Notes: generated by a model not told the origin, from the letters alone. DNA of 37,241 nt from Octopus bimaculoides (GCF_001194135.2 NC_068997.1:30859832-30897072), one strand, 5' to 3'; counted from the first letter of the stretch, positions 21,480 through 34,293 are shown. Made by a program: numbers and translations.

Positions 21480-22800
21480 TGGCCTTATCAAGCACTGCAT
21501 TTGGTCAGGTGTCCTCTTACTGTGTCATCTCTGTGAAATTTTAAGTTCTAAGATCAGCCTTCACTATTTCATGTAATGTCAACCCCGATCTCCCTCTTCT
21601 ACAAGTCCCACCCATTTTAAGTAATCAGTATTTCATTATACAGCTAACCTCACCCATAAGCATCCATGAACGTATCAGTACAGTCTTTCTCTTGAACAAA
21701 ATATCAATTCCTTTTGTGCTCACTTTTTTCTCAACGCGCTTGTACATTATTGTTCATATACACAGATTTTATACATCTTCGCACATCCACTGTGTTTAGA
21801 GTTCACATCTCATTACCATGTAGCACTGTTGTTCGTACATAATCATCATGCTATCAGTTTTTCATTATGAGAGAAATATTTTGCTACCAACAAAGGTAAA
21901 AGCTCCTTCAAATTTCTCCAGCCCATTTTTATACTAGTAGTTATAATTTCCGAACAACATTCTCCACTGCTATGTAAGAAAAACTATCTTATCTGTCTAG
22001 GGATCATCCTGGGCATTTCAGAAAATCTATTTCCTATGTACATTTAGAATTTTTTGCTTGTGCATCAGCTGCATATAAAGGTTACTTTCTCTATTAAACT
22101 GTCCGTAATACTATGCAACTACTGTGTATCTATACTGTGCACTGAGGACACTGCATGGAATTTCTAACGGTCATTTTATTTAGGGTTTGTGTGGCTATCA
22201 CAAACCATTCGTCTGCTGCTACCTCCCTCTGTAACCACCAGATCACAGAATAAGGATCTTTGTCAAAGGTTTTCTGCAGGTCAATGAACGTTCAGTAAAG
22301 CAGATTACTTTTAACCAAATACTTCTGAAGTTACTTCACTAAAAAAGAAAAAAAAAACTTCTCTAGTACTTATCCCTTGCACAAAACCAAACAACATCTC
22401 ATCTAGTGTAACTTTTTCTCTAATTATCTGAGCTGTAGTTGTTCCCATAACTTTCATGCCCTTGTCCAGCAATTTGATACTTCTATCTTTCTCAAATATC
22501 TCCTTTGCCCTTGTGACAGTCGGTTGTAATGCTGTAATGCCAGTCACTGGGCAGACCCCTTTCCTGTATAATCTGATTGACTATATAAGTAACTAAGCCA
22601 TATCCCACACTGCCAGATATTTTAAACATTATAGCAGTCATTCCTAATGGTTCATGGAGTTTCTCCTGCTTTTATATTCTTCAGTGTTTTATCTATGATA
22701 CTACTGCCATCTAGAATTACTAGTCCCTCTGTTGAGTCCATGTTCTTTCATGCATATTTTCACATATTTTAACCTTTAACGATGGCACTTTTATGCTTCT
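21480..22800 (-). mobile_element. Decayed RTE-clade LINE, same family type as 203-1775
   Basis: ORF 22311-22547 RSIKLLDKGMKV...TLDEMLFGFVQG, FIDLQKTFDK near 22260-22290, and a decayed YADD region near 22070. Confidence 0.82.
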
Positions 22801-23034
22801 TTCTTTTCAGAATCATTAAGTGGTAAGTGTACTGCTATCCATCCATACACACCAATATGTAAAATAAAAGCCAACTGTACCAGGAAATGAAAAGGTATGT
22901 AAACATTAAAAAAATGCATGTAAAATTTTGCTGCAATTGAAATTCTTTGGCAAATTCATGAACTAATTATTCAATAAAATTTCTACTGATAATGTTAACA
23001 ATAAAAATTTAAAAAAAAACATTAAAACAATTAC

Positions 23035-23119
23035 CTTTGCAGTATTCCAACCATCTTCTACAAACTTTACTTCACCAAATGCATTACAGGGATATGGCAT
23101 CTCTGCATCTCCAACGTTT
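23035..23119 (-). CDS. Probable coding exon of a TRPM-family cation channel (N-terminal MHR/SLOG region)
   Basis: Acceptor tttgtctttgatag and donor AAG|gtaatt. Only one frame is open, giving NVGDAEMPYPCNAFGEVKFVEDGWNTAK, which resembles TRPM PTDAFGxIxF...AK preceding YVR. Family assignment is from recalled motif similarity only. Confidence 0.6.
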
Positions 23120-23348
23120 CTATCAAAGACAAATAGAAACCAAATGAACAACTGAAGTAAAGTTGTGATGGGGAAGGTAGAAAAAGGAGAATAAAAAATC
23201 AAGTGAAAGAACAACTCCAATGAAAGATACAAATATCCAGAGATACAGATACATAAATCCACACACGGAAGTAAACATATTTTAATTTAGTTAAATAAAA
23301 TGATGATTAATTTTAAATAAACTGAAAGGAATACAAGAAGTATTTTAC

Positions 23349-23447
23349 CGTCAGAAGTAAATGAAGAAAATGGGGTGCATAGTGGAATAGTGATTCTACA
23401 TCTAGGCTGGTGCTGCTGCTACACATACAGGTATCATAAGACAACAT
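23349..23447 (-). other. Candidate 99-nt exon
   Basis: ttttctag acceptor and ACG|gtaaaa donor. Open only in phase 0 (MLSYDTCMC...LLLT), which does not match the phase-2 start of the next exon. Confidence 0.25.
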
Positions 23448-23802
23448 CTAGAAAAAGGTTACTCAACTGACTGGCATGAAGTCAATTACTAATATACACC
23501 AAATTCTGATCCATAGATGTGCTGTGTCCTCTCTTTGTCTTTTCTACCACTACTAAAATAGCCTTTGCTCCTAAGAGGTGGTTGGTCTCTTGTCACCTTA
23601 CTTGGATACCATTGATACACACATCTTCTGTGTCCATTACACTAGAGCCCACATTAACAATAACATCTGTTCTCCCGAGACATTATTCCTCCCTTGGAAT
23701 CACTTCCTGCCCATATTTTATTTCCTAAAAGGCTTTAGACACAAGGCAGTAAAAAAATTAGAATGATATACAAGATGTAAACAAACACATACACACCCAT
23801 AC

Positions 23803-23872
23803 CTGAAGAAAAAAACAAGCAGATGTTTGTACTTGTTGAACTCATCGTTTCCTCACCTAGCAACAGTAGCAG
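23803..23872 (-). other. Candidate 70-nt exon
   Basis: taattttcag acceptor and CAG|gtatgg donor. Open only in phase 0 (LLLLLGEETMSSTSTNICLFFSS). Confidence 0.3.
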
Positions 23873-24043
23873 CTGAAAATTAGGGTGAAGGTGTTAGGTA
23901 TAAAAAACTGCATGAGATATCTATTGCAGTAACCTTGTAAAAGACTGAGGGTCATAGATATATAAGGAAATCTGTTGAAATTTAACAATATGTAATATCA
24001 CAAAATAAAGCAAAGTTAATATAACTAGTGGGACCCAAGTTAA

Positions 24044-24590
24044 AGATCTTTTTAGTTTGGCTGACAGATTTAAAATTATTATTTTTAACTAAACAGTTTG
24101 AAACTTCGTGTACTAGTGTGATTTCTCATCCTGAACATGGTTTACTTTCAACAGTTTTGGCAAACTTTCATATTTTAGAAGTTATTTCGTGTTAAAGTTG
24201 TCGTATTTGAGTAATTTTAATCAATCAAGGACGTGTATTCAGCTGCAGAAACCTATTAATTTTTGCGATAGTAATTTAAGAGCAATAATTTCTGGATCAT
24301 CTATACTAAATGTATTTTCAATCACATGTGGAGTAGAGATGACCCGGAAGTTGTTGCGCTTCAGTTACTATTATAAACAGCAGTAGGTTTCTTCAGCTGA
24401 ATACACGACATCGATTGGTTAAAACTACCCAAATACGACGACTTTAGCACGAAATAACTTCTAAAATACGAAATTTTGTCAAAAATATTTAATGTAAACC
24501 GTGTTCAGCGTACACGAGTATACGAAGTTTCAGACTGTTTAGTTATAAAGCAAACAATTAAAAAATGTCTGAACCAAACTGAAGAGATCC
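24044..24590. mobile_element. GGATC family copy 3 (short, no telomere-like tract)
   Basis: Ends AGATCTTTTT...GAGATCC. Exact 8-bp TSD CAAGTTAA (24036-24043, 24591-24598). Has the same subterminal block (gaagttatttcgtgttaaagttgtcgtattt) in inverted orientation on both arms. Confidence 0.9.
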
Positions 24591-26029
24591 CAAGTTAATT
24601 CCACGAAATGAAAATTATTCAGAAAGAATAGATGTTTTAAATTTTGTAGTTTTCTTAAGTGTTGCTTTCTTTAAATATATTAGTCATTCGTCTACAATAA
24701 TTTCCTCACGTCTCGGCCGATGTTGTCTTTTTTCTCTTTGTATTATACCTTCTCACTGCTCCACTCTAATCCATGCTCTATATCTGCCTATCCTTTCTCA
24801 AGCAACTTGCAACCATCTTTTTTTGTGAATTTATACTTTAGGCTAAATTAACCCTCATAAACAAATGTTAATTTTCAAGCGTGCAGACGATAAATAATAA
24901 CACTTAGGCACATGCGTTAAGCGATAGGCACTATAACAAATTAGTTCAATAAAAACAATACTTTTCACTATCAACATACCACCACCACCACCATCATCAT
25001 CATCACTATAGTTTTCAGTAACAAAGCTATTTCATTTCGGTTGTTTGTCTATATCTACTTTTTGTTGCTGTCGGTGTATCTCTGTTCTGACTATACAAAC
25101 ATTCTCTGCTTATCTCCCTATCTCATTCTTTCTTTTTATGTCTCCCTCTCCCTCTCTCTCTATCTCAATCTCTCTGTCTCAAAATAACTACCTCCCTTGT
25201 CAATTTCTGTCTGCTTTTCTTTAAGCTCGCCACCAGAGCATCAACGTCTGCTAAGTATTGTATCCAAGTTATATCCTTTCCTCTTTACCTTTCTCTTCAG
25301 CTTAATTTTAGCCACATATAAGCTATTCCTTTACCAGCCTAACGTTCTCCATCATTTTCCATTCACCCTCTTTCTCTCTCCCTCTTTTCTCTCACCATCT
25401 TTTTCTATTGCTCTTCAGCTACCCGCGTGACGCATTTTGCCTTAGTGTATTGATACTATACATCTTTCGTTACTTCTTCCCCTCTTCTTTCTTCTCTACT
25501 CTCTTTCTCAATCCATCCGCCCCATCTTTCACTCTTTCCCCAACTCTCATTCACTCCACCTGTACCTCTCTATCTAATTTAAGTCCAACAAACCAGCGAA
25601 CAAGCACAATTATATATAGATGGCAAAGTTCATATATTCATTTTTTTTTTTTCTCGTTTTAGTCTATTTTCCATATTTTCCCTTTCTGATACAAGCCGTT
25701 ATAACATTTTTAAAGCAAAAGATAATATTGTTTTACTGATTTCATCGATCTAAACTATGTAAACAAACATACGGGTGCGCACTAACATTCACACTGCCAC
25801 ACATATGCATATGTATGTATGTGCATGCATAGGTGTTTATAAATATACATGTGCATGTGTAGGTGATGTATACACACACACACACATATATATGTATNNN
25901 NNNNNNNNNNNNNNNNNNNNNNNNNNNNNNNNNNNNNNATATATAATGTGTGTGTGTGTGTGTGTGTGAGTGAGTGTGTGTATGTGTGTGTGAGTGAGTG
26001 TGTGTGTGCGTGTTGCTCTTCCGTGTTCA

Positions 26030-27307
26030 TAGACTTGACCAAACCTTTCGAGACAGTCAGCAGAGAACTTTGTGCGAGCAGCCCAAGTTCACGATATTGA
26101 TAAGACTTTCATGTCAATATGACCGGTCAAGTTCTTCGCAATGGTGACTGCCCCAACTCTTACAACATTTCCGATGACGTGAAATAGGGTTGTGTACTCG
26201 CCTTATCTCGTTCAATTTGTTCTTCACACAGATCCTACATTACGCAAAAAAAGACCTTGATCTGAGTATACGCACCAAATACCGCTCAGACACTTCTGGT
26301 TTTGACCTCCGCCGAATCTCTGCTCGAACCAAACAGTGGAAAAACTTTTAACTGAAGCTCTATTTGTAGATGAGTCTATCCTTAAGGCACACAGAGAAAA
26401 TCACATGTAAACCATTGTTGATCGCTTTGCAGAAGCATAAAAACTCTTTGGGCTGACCACCAGCCTTGGGAAACCGGAGTTCTTAGTCCAAGCAGCTCCG
26501 GACACAATTCGTCCCCAGTCAAACATCACCAGTAAGGGAGTCTAACTTAAGTGTGGGGAAGGTTTCAGGTATCCTAGCAACACAATATCAGCCGATGGAT
26601 CATTGGACAGCAAAATATTATCCAGAATCCACAAAGCCAGCTAAACACTTGGAAGACTGAAATTGAAATCCTCCAGCAGAAAGGCATAAGATTATCGACA
26701 AAGCTGAAGATCTACACGACTAATCGTTTCTACACTACTCTATGGATGTCAAGCATGAATCCCACACTGTTGGCACATCAAACACCTGGAACAATTTCAC
26801 ACTTGGGTAGTGCGTAGGATCATAGGTATTCACTGACAAGTGGTAGTGGACGGAGGTTGTTCAACAAGTATTGAGTCAATGTTTCTCAAGGCTCAGTTAC
26901 ATTGGGCTGGTCATATCATCAAAATGGCGGACAATCGTATAGCCGGACAGCTGTTCTACGGTGGGCTCACACAGAGCTCATTCAAACAAGGAAGACCTAA
27001 GCTGAGGAAGGAAAACACTCTGAAAAGTAATCTTAGACCAGGTAAACTCGAATATTCTTGGCAGACTAATCAGCATGGAGGTCTCTCACCTCACGAGAAA
27101 CAGCTACCTTTGAAAAAGAGTAGCGACAGTGTCTCGATGCTGAGGGAAACATGTGTCAGTGTGCTGCATTCGAAACAATCCAGTTAACAAACTATCGCTG
27201 TGACATATGTAGGTACCTGTGTGCTTTCAGTTTGGACAGCGAAGTCAAATGCGTTCTCATCACTGAGAACACTGATATTTTTTCCTCGTCGGACAGTGAT
27301 GAACTAC
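26030..27307 (+). mobile_element. Decayed RTE/BovB-type LINE, 3' half
   Basis: DLTKPFETVSRE, FGLTTSLGKPE, and ORF 26840-27187 QLHWAGHIIKMADNRIAGQLFYG...QGRPKLR. Confidence 0.85.
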
Positions 27308-27366
27308 TTAACATTTATTCATACAAACATAAATACATACATACATATATAATACACACACACACG

Positions 27367-27397
<31 letters not shown>

Positions 27398-27769
27398 TCA
27401 GTTAAATCAAAAATATGAAATCCTCCTAGAGGGATGTCAATATCGAAGTCCGCCTGTTTCATCCAGTGTATCAGTGAAAAACCAAAAGACGCTAGTTTCG
27501 CATTGATGGATATGGGTACAAGTTTTTTATGTAATTAAAACCGAAAATGATGAAACCAACACATTAAGTGTAGCCCCTTTCTTCTCCTGAAGGAATACTT
27601 AACTAACGATATTTGATATGAAAATTGAAGTTAATTTAATGTAATTCCTCAAATTGAATTAAATAGGCATGGAAACAACTGTAGGAGAAAGTAATTTGAT
27701 ATTGTACAGAATTAAATATTAAATGATCTCTTCGGTCATGAATACCAATGGAATTACACCTCTGAGGCA

Positions 27770-28015
27770 CATGTTAAGGCAAGGTTGTTTATAGAAAACC
27801 AGCTCTCACCCATGCATACCTACCTTCCTTCCCCATGCCACCAATGTTATCCAAAGGAAAGCAAAGCCCAATACAACTTGGCACCAGTGACGTTGCAACT
27901 GGAGCAACGTGAAATGAAGTGTCTTGCCCAAGAACAAAGCATATAGTCTGGTCCAAAATCGAACTCACTATCTCACGATTTTAGGCCCACCGTGCAAACC
28001 ACTGAGCCATGCACC
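27770..28015 (-). mobile_element. tRNA-derived CORE-like SINE
   Basis: Minus strand ggtgcaTGGCTCAGTGG (A box)...GAGTTCGATT (B box)...cttgggcaagacacttcatttcac (CORE-like segment). Confidence 0.8.
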
Positions 28016-28111
28016 ACTATATAAATATATATATCAATGATTGAAAATACAGAATCCAAGGAGAAAAAGTTAGACGAAAGCAGAGCGAACAGGAAACACT
28101 TAACGAACTGG

Positions 28112-28476
28112 GAATATAGACAAGCAATATTTGTAGCTAAATTTTCCTCGTCAGTCAATGACCAAAATATAATCATGGTTTCACACCATTATCATTGAGA
28201 TAACTCAATCTTGGAGGTGCAAGTGGTGTTATTAAGCTACTGGGGGAAAGCTACAAATGTATACTGAGACAGAAACAAATAAGACATATATAAATTCAAC
28301 AAAGAATTATGCATATATAACAACGCAGAGTCTTACAGCTTTATACAACAAAAGGATAAAAAATTATTATTATACAAATGCCACAAATACAACAGAAAGA
28401 GGTGATATTTTGGTCATTGACTGACGAGGAAAATTTAGCCGCGAATATTCCGTGTATCATGTCCTTGTCTATATTC
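28112..28476. repeat. Inverted repeat pair (28112-28170 and 28405-28476) each containing CTGACGA
   Basis: atattttggtcattgactgacgaggaaaatttagc occurs on both strands. Confidence 0.8.
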
Positions 28477-28800
28477 ACTTTGTTGTTTACTTTATATATA
28501 TATATATATNNNNNNNNNNNNNNNNNNNNNNNNNNNNNNNNNNNNNNNNNNNNNNNNNNNNNNNNNNNNNNNNNNNNNNNNNNNNNNNNNNNNNNNNNNN
28601 NNNNNNNNNNNNNNNNNNNNNNNNNNNNNNNNNNNNNNNNNNNNNNNNNNNNNNNNNNNNNNNNNATATGTATATATATATATGTATATATATATATCAA
28701 TGAAAATATAAACCTCGAAGGGATAAAAATATTCAATATTAGACTGATTGTATGCCTAACAAAGTAGACACATACATATATAGTATTATTAATATTATAC

Positions 28801-29298
28801 AAAACAAGAGACAAAATGGAAATGAGATTAATAAAAGTTTATTAATATTGACAAGATCAGACCTACAATTCTTTCAATTCATCACTAGCAGCATAAAAAT
28901 TAACAAAATTAATTTAACTACAAATGAGAATATCTTCAGGGAAGTATGTACACAGAAATTTATTATATTTAAAACAAAATGAAAACATAAAAACATGTAT
29001 ACCATGAATACAGTGTACCATTATAGTTATAAAAATAGATACGGTTACAAAAATTATATAGTTAGTCATAAATTGATATAAATAATTATAGTGCAGACAT
29101 ACCCATATAGAAATACGAGCAATGGTGATGTGTAAAAAAACAGTAGATTTGTAGTAATTAACCGAATTAATCTAGTTAAATTAAATGGAATTTGATTAAT
29201 TCTTATGCTGCAAGTGATGAATTGAAATAACTGTAGGTCTGATCTTGTCAATGTTAATACACTTTTATCAATCTTATCTCCAACCTCCCTCTTGTTTT
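28801..29298. mobile_element. MITE-like element with ~110-bp TIRs between TA/CA microsatellites
   Basis: 28801-28910 is the reverse complement of 29189-29298 (ttgacaagatcagacctaca...ttcaattcatcact). No TSD resolved. Confidence 0.78.
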
Positions 29299-29412
<114 letters not shown>

Positions 29413-29630
29413 TAAAAGCAAGTTATCTGTTTGTTTGTCTTTTTTGGTCAAGTTGCCGTCTACACCTGTTAACAAATTTTCGTGAAACTTAGCAAACATG
29501 CTAAAGTAGCATCCACTTTGTTACTAGGCTCATTGGAGTTTAATAAAAATCTATGGTTGGATGGCTATGGCCCCTAGAAATGATCCACATATATAACTAT
29601 TACCCGCGAAGGGAAATAATCCATTCATTA

Positions 29631-29660
29631 TCCTATATATAATAAATGAAAAAATGTATA
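29631..29660 (+). mobile_element. Candidate Helitron-type 5' terminus
   Basis: A|TCCTATATATAATAAA. The matching 3' end was not found. Confidence 0.35.
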
Positions 29661-29865
29661 ATAAATATTTCTCGATTTATTAAACAAGCATTCTACATTA
29701 CGTGGACTTTCTTACAATAGATTGTCAGACAAGGTCAGTGATATAATTCGGTATAACTCAAATTGAGTATGTTTATGTCTTAGTATTTGAACTGTTAGAA
29801 TTATGTTCGCAATTTACCCAGTAGATACCTTAAGCAAGTAAATAGTATTTTCCTAAACCATAAAT

Positions 29866-30775
29866 CCACTTATTTCATTTAGTGACTTATTCAGGAATAT
29901 ACCGTGAATGAGAATGACGGTGCCTTCATGTCACTTCAGCCAATTGCCAAGCGCTGCATGAACTGTTGTACTTTTAGACAAATGCATTGTCATTACAAGG
30001 TCACGCCCTGTTTACATGTAGGAACACCGTCGTAGTTTATATTGATAGATGTGTCAATGCTTTGTAACGATCTACTCTTTGTAACAACCAACCACACAAG
30101 CATACCTAAATCGCCTTTTATCTATCAATAACATTGCAATCTGCCCTTTATTCATACAATTCACAGGCTGTTTACACGTAGAAACATTTTCTTAATTCAT
30201 ATTGATAGCTGTGTTGATGTTTCTTAACATCTACCCTTTCTTTTCGTTAACGACCAAGGAGAAATAACCCATTTAAAACCCCTTATTTTCTTTTCCAACC
30301 ACTGCTTATCCACCCTAGTTCATACGCTGCTTACATGTAGGAACATTTTCTTAAAAAAGACCAACTCTGAATTCTTGACCTGTGCGCGCACGAAAACAGC
30401 GGTAAAAGCGTCCAACAATAGATTCACTTATTTCGGTTAGTGACTTATTCACAAAGATTCCATGAATGACGATGCCTTTCATGTCACTTCATCCAGTTGC
30501 CAAGCGCTGCTTGAAGAACTGTTGTGCTTTTAGACAAATGCACTGCCGTCACAAATGTCACACCCTGTTTACTTGTAGGAACATCTTAATTTATATTGAT
30601 AGATATGTTAATGTTTTGTAATGATCTACTCTATGAAACAACCAACCACACAAGGAGACAGAAATCACCATTCTTCTATCAATGACATTGCAATATGTCC
30701 TGTATTCATACAGTTCACATGCTGTTTACATGTAGGAACATTTTCTTAATTCATATTGATAGCTTGTTGATGTCT
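29866..30775 (+). repeat. Higher-order repeat: ~555-bp duplication built from ~160-bp subunits
   Basis: 29866-30225 aligns to 30424-30775. The motif ctgtttacatgtaggaaca recurs at 30008, 30168, 30327, 30565 and 30722. Confidence 0.85.
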
Positions 30776-31045
30776 TCGTAATTGTTGTAAACGTATTGAC
30801 AGTTTACATGTTATTTTATTTTAAAATCTATACGCAAATTATTGTATGTCTACTGTAAAGCTAAATATTATAGAAACGCAAAAAACTCAAACATGAACGT
30901 GGAAATCATGCGTTTCAGTTTAGATAAAATGACGTAATCAGTTAAGAACATCTCGGCCAGAATATCTAGATTATCCGTGAAGGAGAATATATTCAGCAAA
31001 CACGCACTATATTATAACACAGCCCTAGCTAAGGCTGGATACTGT

Positions 31046-31938
31046 GCAAAAACCATGATGTCCTTTGGTATAACGCAATCTGGGGCTTGAACATCTCAAA
31101 ACAAATTTTCGCCGCACTTTATCACTGATTCCCTAAAAATTGAGTGTACAGCAAAATATTCAACCGTCACACCATAAAACTGTCCTATGTTAACTCACCA
31201 AATATAAAGCATCATATTCATAGGATTAACAATCGTAAATTTGACCGCGACTTATATAACCATTTTAGAGACAACGCTAATACCAACCAATTAATGCATA
31301 AAAGTGATAATAACTCGAACTATAATACCAACTAACCGAGAAAAAACAACTACAATATCTACAATGACCATGCAATGAATCACACCACCAACAATTAAAC
31401 GACACTAACATACCCAGAAATAGTGATAATACTACGATAACAATGACCATGAATATACTGAATTGAAACAATTCATCTAATGCTCGCTTCATACAAGCAC
31501 AAGTATGCTCATGCATCGACAGATCCAAATGTCCTTTGGACAATCAATGCATGATCAGAAGTGTGGTGTATAAATGCACAGAAAACACTAGAGGAGACCC
31601 CCTAGTGTATATACTGGAGTTTCGGCCGATATTTTTAAAAATCGATATCGCAACCACATTGCCAGCGTTCCAAATATCCCTAAACGGCACGTAACATTAC
31701 TGGCTGATTTTATCGGGAGGCTCAAGGAAGAGAAGGCAAAATATGACCTGACTTGGTCCATTATTAGATATGCAAGTCCCTACAACACATTATCCCAGAA
31801 ATGCCAGCTATGTTCAGAAGAGTCACTCTCAATATTATCAACAAAGGGGTGCATTATAAACATTTTACGGAACAATTACCCAGATGCCTGCATACAGCTA
31901 AACACACACCCAATAATTACATTCTTATCCATACCTAA
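31046..31938 (+). pseudogene. Neptune-like Penelope element, C-terminal linker plus GIY-YIG endonuclease, decayed
   Basis: KIFNRHTIKLSY, CSC...CPLDNQC, VVYKC...YTGVS (2-nt frameshift), FKNRYRNH, LTWSII...PYN...KCQLCSEE. Confidence 0.85.
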
Positions 31939-32055
31939 TTAATGCAAACCTAACACTCACGACTTGGATTAATCCACCTGAGTTAAAACCTTCTATACTA
32001 AAAATCAACAGTATCCGAATAACATGTATTTAGACGTGTAACTTCACAATCTAGA

Positions 32056-32118
<63 letters not shown>

Positions 32119-32931
32119 NNNNNNNNNNNNNNNNNNNNNNNNNNNNNNNNNNNNNNNNNNNNNNNNNNNNNNNNNNNNNNNNNNNNNNNNNNNNNNNNNN
32201 NNNNNNNNNNNNNNNNNNNNNNNNNNNNNNNNNNNNNNNNNNNNNNNNNNNNNNNNNNNNNNNNNNNNNNNNNNNNNNNNNNNNNNNNNNNNNNNNNNNN
32301 NNNNNNNNNNNNNNNNNNNNNNNNNNNNNNNNNNNNNNNNNNNNNNNNNNNNNNNNNNNNNNNNNNNNNNNNNNNNNNNNNNNNNNNNNNNNNNNNNNNN
32401 NNNNNNNNNNNNNNNNNNNNNNNNNNNNNNNNNNNNNNNNNNNNNNNNNNNNNNNNNNNNNNNNNNNNNNNNNNNNNNNNNNNNNNNNNNNNNNNNNNNN
32501 NNNNNNNNNNNNNNNNNNNNNNNNNNNNNNNNNNNNNNNNNNNNNNNNNNNNNNNNNNNNNNNNNNNNNNNNNNNNNNNNNNNNNNNNNNNNNNNNNNNN
32601 NNNNNNNNNNNNNNNNNNNNNNNNNNNNNNNNNNNNNNNNNNNNNNNNNNNNNNNNNNNNNNNNNNNNNNNNNNNNNNNNNNNNNNNNNNNNNNNNNNNN
32701 NNNNNNNNNNNNNNNNNNNNNNNNNNNNNNNNNNNNNNNNNNNNNNNNNNNNNNNNNNNNNNNNNNNNNNNNNNNNNNNNNNNNNNNNNNNNNNNNNNNN
32801 NNNNNNNNNNNNNNNNNNNNNNNNNNNNNNNNNNNNNNNNNNNNNNNNNNNNNNNNNNNNNNNNNNNNNNNNNNNNNNNNNNNNNNNNNNNNNNNNNNNN
32901 NNNNNNNNNNNNNNNNNNNNNNNNNNNNNNN
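32119..32931. other. Assembly gap (N run)
   Basis: Ns. Further gaps at 14768-14777, 16363-16372, 25898-25938, 28510-28665 and 33782-34293. Confidence 1.
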
Positions 32932-33258
32932 TTTTCGCAGGAGCTAGGACGGCAATTTGTGATGAAGCAATTGCTGGCGATCTGTTGCTACACAATTTTG
33001 CCAGAATTCTATCAGATTGGGCAGAAGATGTTGATGCATCATTTTGCATTATGTTCAAAGTAGCTTCTGGAATGTGGTGAATTGCTGCAGTCTGTTGCTG
33101 TCATTTTAAACCGGTTACTGTCTTTCCCCAGCAAACTCTCTTCTTTGGAGGCATAATCTATGTATATATTAAACTGAACAACAAAAGTTATAATAGATGG
33201 CAGTGTTGGTACTTTTCACATATCTGTAATTTTTCAGATTAACACCTACACGATTACT

Positions 33259-33432
33259 CAACCCTAATCCTAAACCTAATCCTAACACTAACCCTAACAC
33301 TAGCCCTAAACCCTAACCCTAACCCTGACCCTAAAACCGTAACCGTAGCACTAATCCTAACCGTAACCGTAACCCTAACCCTAAATCCTAACCCTAAGCC
33401 CTAACCCTGACCCTAAAACCCTAACCCTAACA
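33259..33432 (+). repeat. Degenerate (TAACCC)n telomere-like tract
   Basis: Direct reading. Shares the variant string ccctaaaaccgtaac with the tract at 3256-3378. Confidence 0.9.
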
Positions 33433-34293
33433 CTCTAGTGAAAATCGTGGTATATTTACAAAATATTGACGAACATGAGTTATATTTTACTGAATGATTG
33501 TGTATGCGTTTGAGAGAGCGAGAAAGGAAGAGGTAGAGAGAGGGGGAGAAAGGAATAGAGGTAGTTAAAAGTTTACTTATGACGGCTTCTCTTCACTGCC
33601 TATTACTTCATTAGAAATCTACGGATGCACATACGCACATAATAGAGGAAAATGAAACAAATATGGACGACTTGCTCCGAAATACCACCGAGTGGGGAAC
33701 ACTTCTCAAAAATAACCTGCAGTTGTTTCCTTCAAAATTCCTACATGCTCGAAATGTACATACATCAAGGTATATTTGTAGNNNNNNNNNNNNNNNNNNN
33801 NNNNNNNNNNNNNNNNNNNNNNNNNNNNNNNNNNNNNNNNNNNNNNNNNNNNNNNNNNNNNNNNNNNNNNNNNNNNNNNNNNNNNNNNNNNNNNNNNNNN
33901 NNNNNNNNNNNNNNNNNNNNNNNNNNNNNNNNNNNNNNNNNNNNNNNNNNNNNNNNNNNNNNNNNNNNNNNNNNNNNNNNNNNNNNNNNNNNNNNNNNNN
34001 NNNNNNNNNNNNNNNNNNNNNNNNNNNNNNNNNNNNNNNNNNNNNNNNNNNNNNNNNNNNNNNNNNNNNNNNNNNNNNNNNNNNNNNNNNNNNNNNNNNN
34101 NNNNNNNNNNNNNNNNNNNNNNNNNNNNNNNNNNNNNNNNNNNNNNNNNNNNNNNNNNNNNNNNNNNNNNNNNNNNNNNNNNNNNNNNNNNNNNNNNNNN
34201 NNNNNNNNNNNNNNNNNNNNNNNNNNNNNNNNNNNNNNNNNNNNNNNNNNNNNNNNNNNNNNNNNNNNNNNNNNNNNNNNNNNNNNNNNNNNN

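Noticed and set aside
22811-22894. Plus-strand exon-like signals (ttttcag|aatcattaagtg|gtaagt and AAG|gtatgt)
   Set aside because: The longer version has stops in all three frames. The 12-nt version is too short to assess and has no supporting plus-strand exons.
30008-30760. Repeat-spacer pattern suggestive of a CRISPR array
   Set aside because: The spacers are ~140-220 bp and homologous to each other, there are no cas genes, and the context is eukaryotic.
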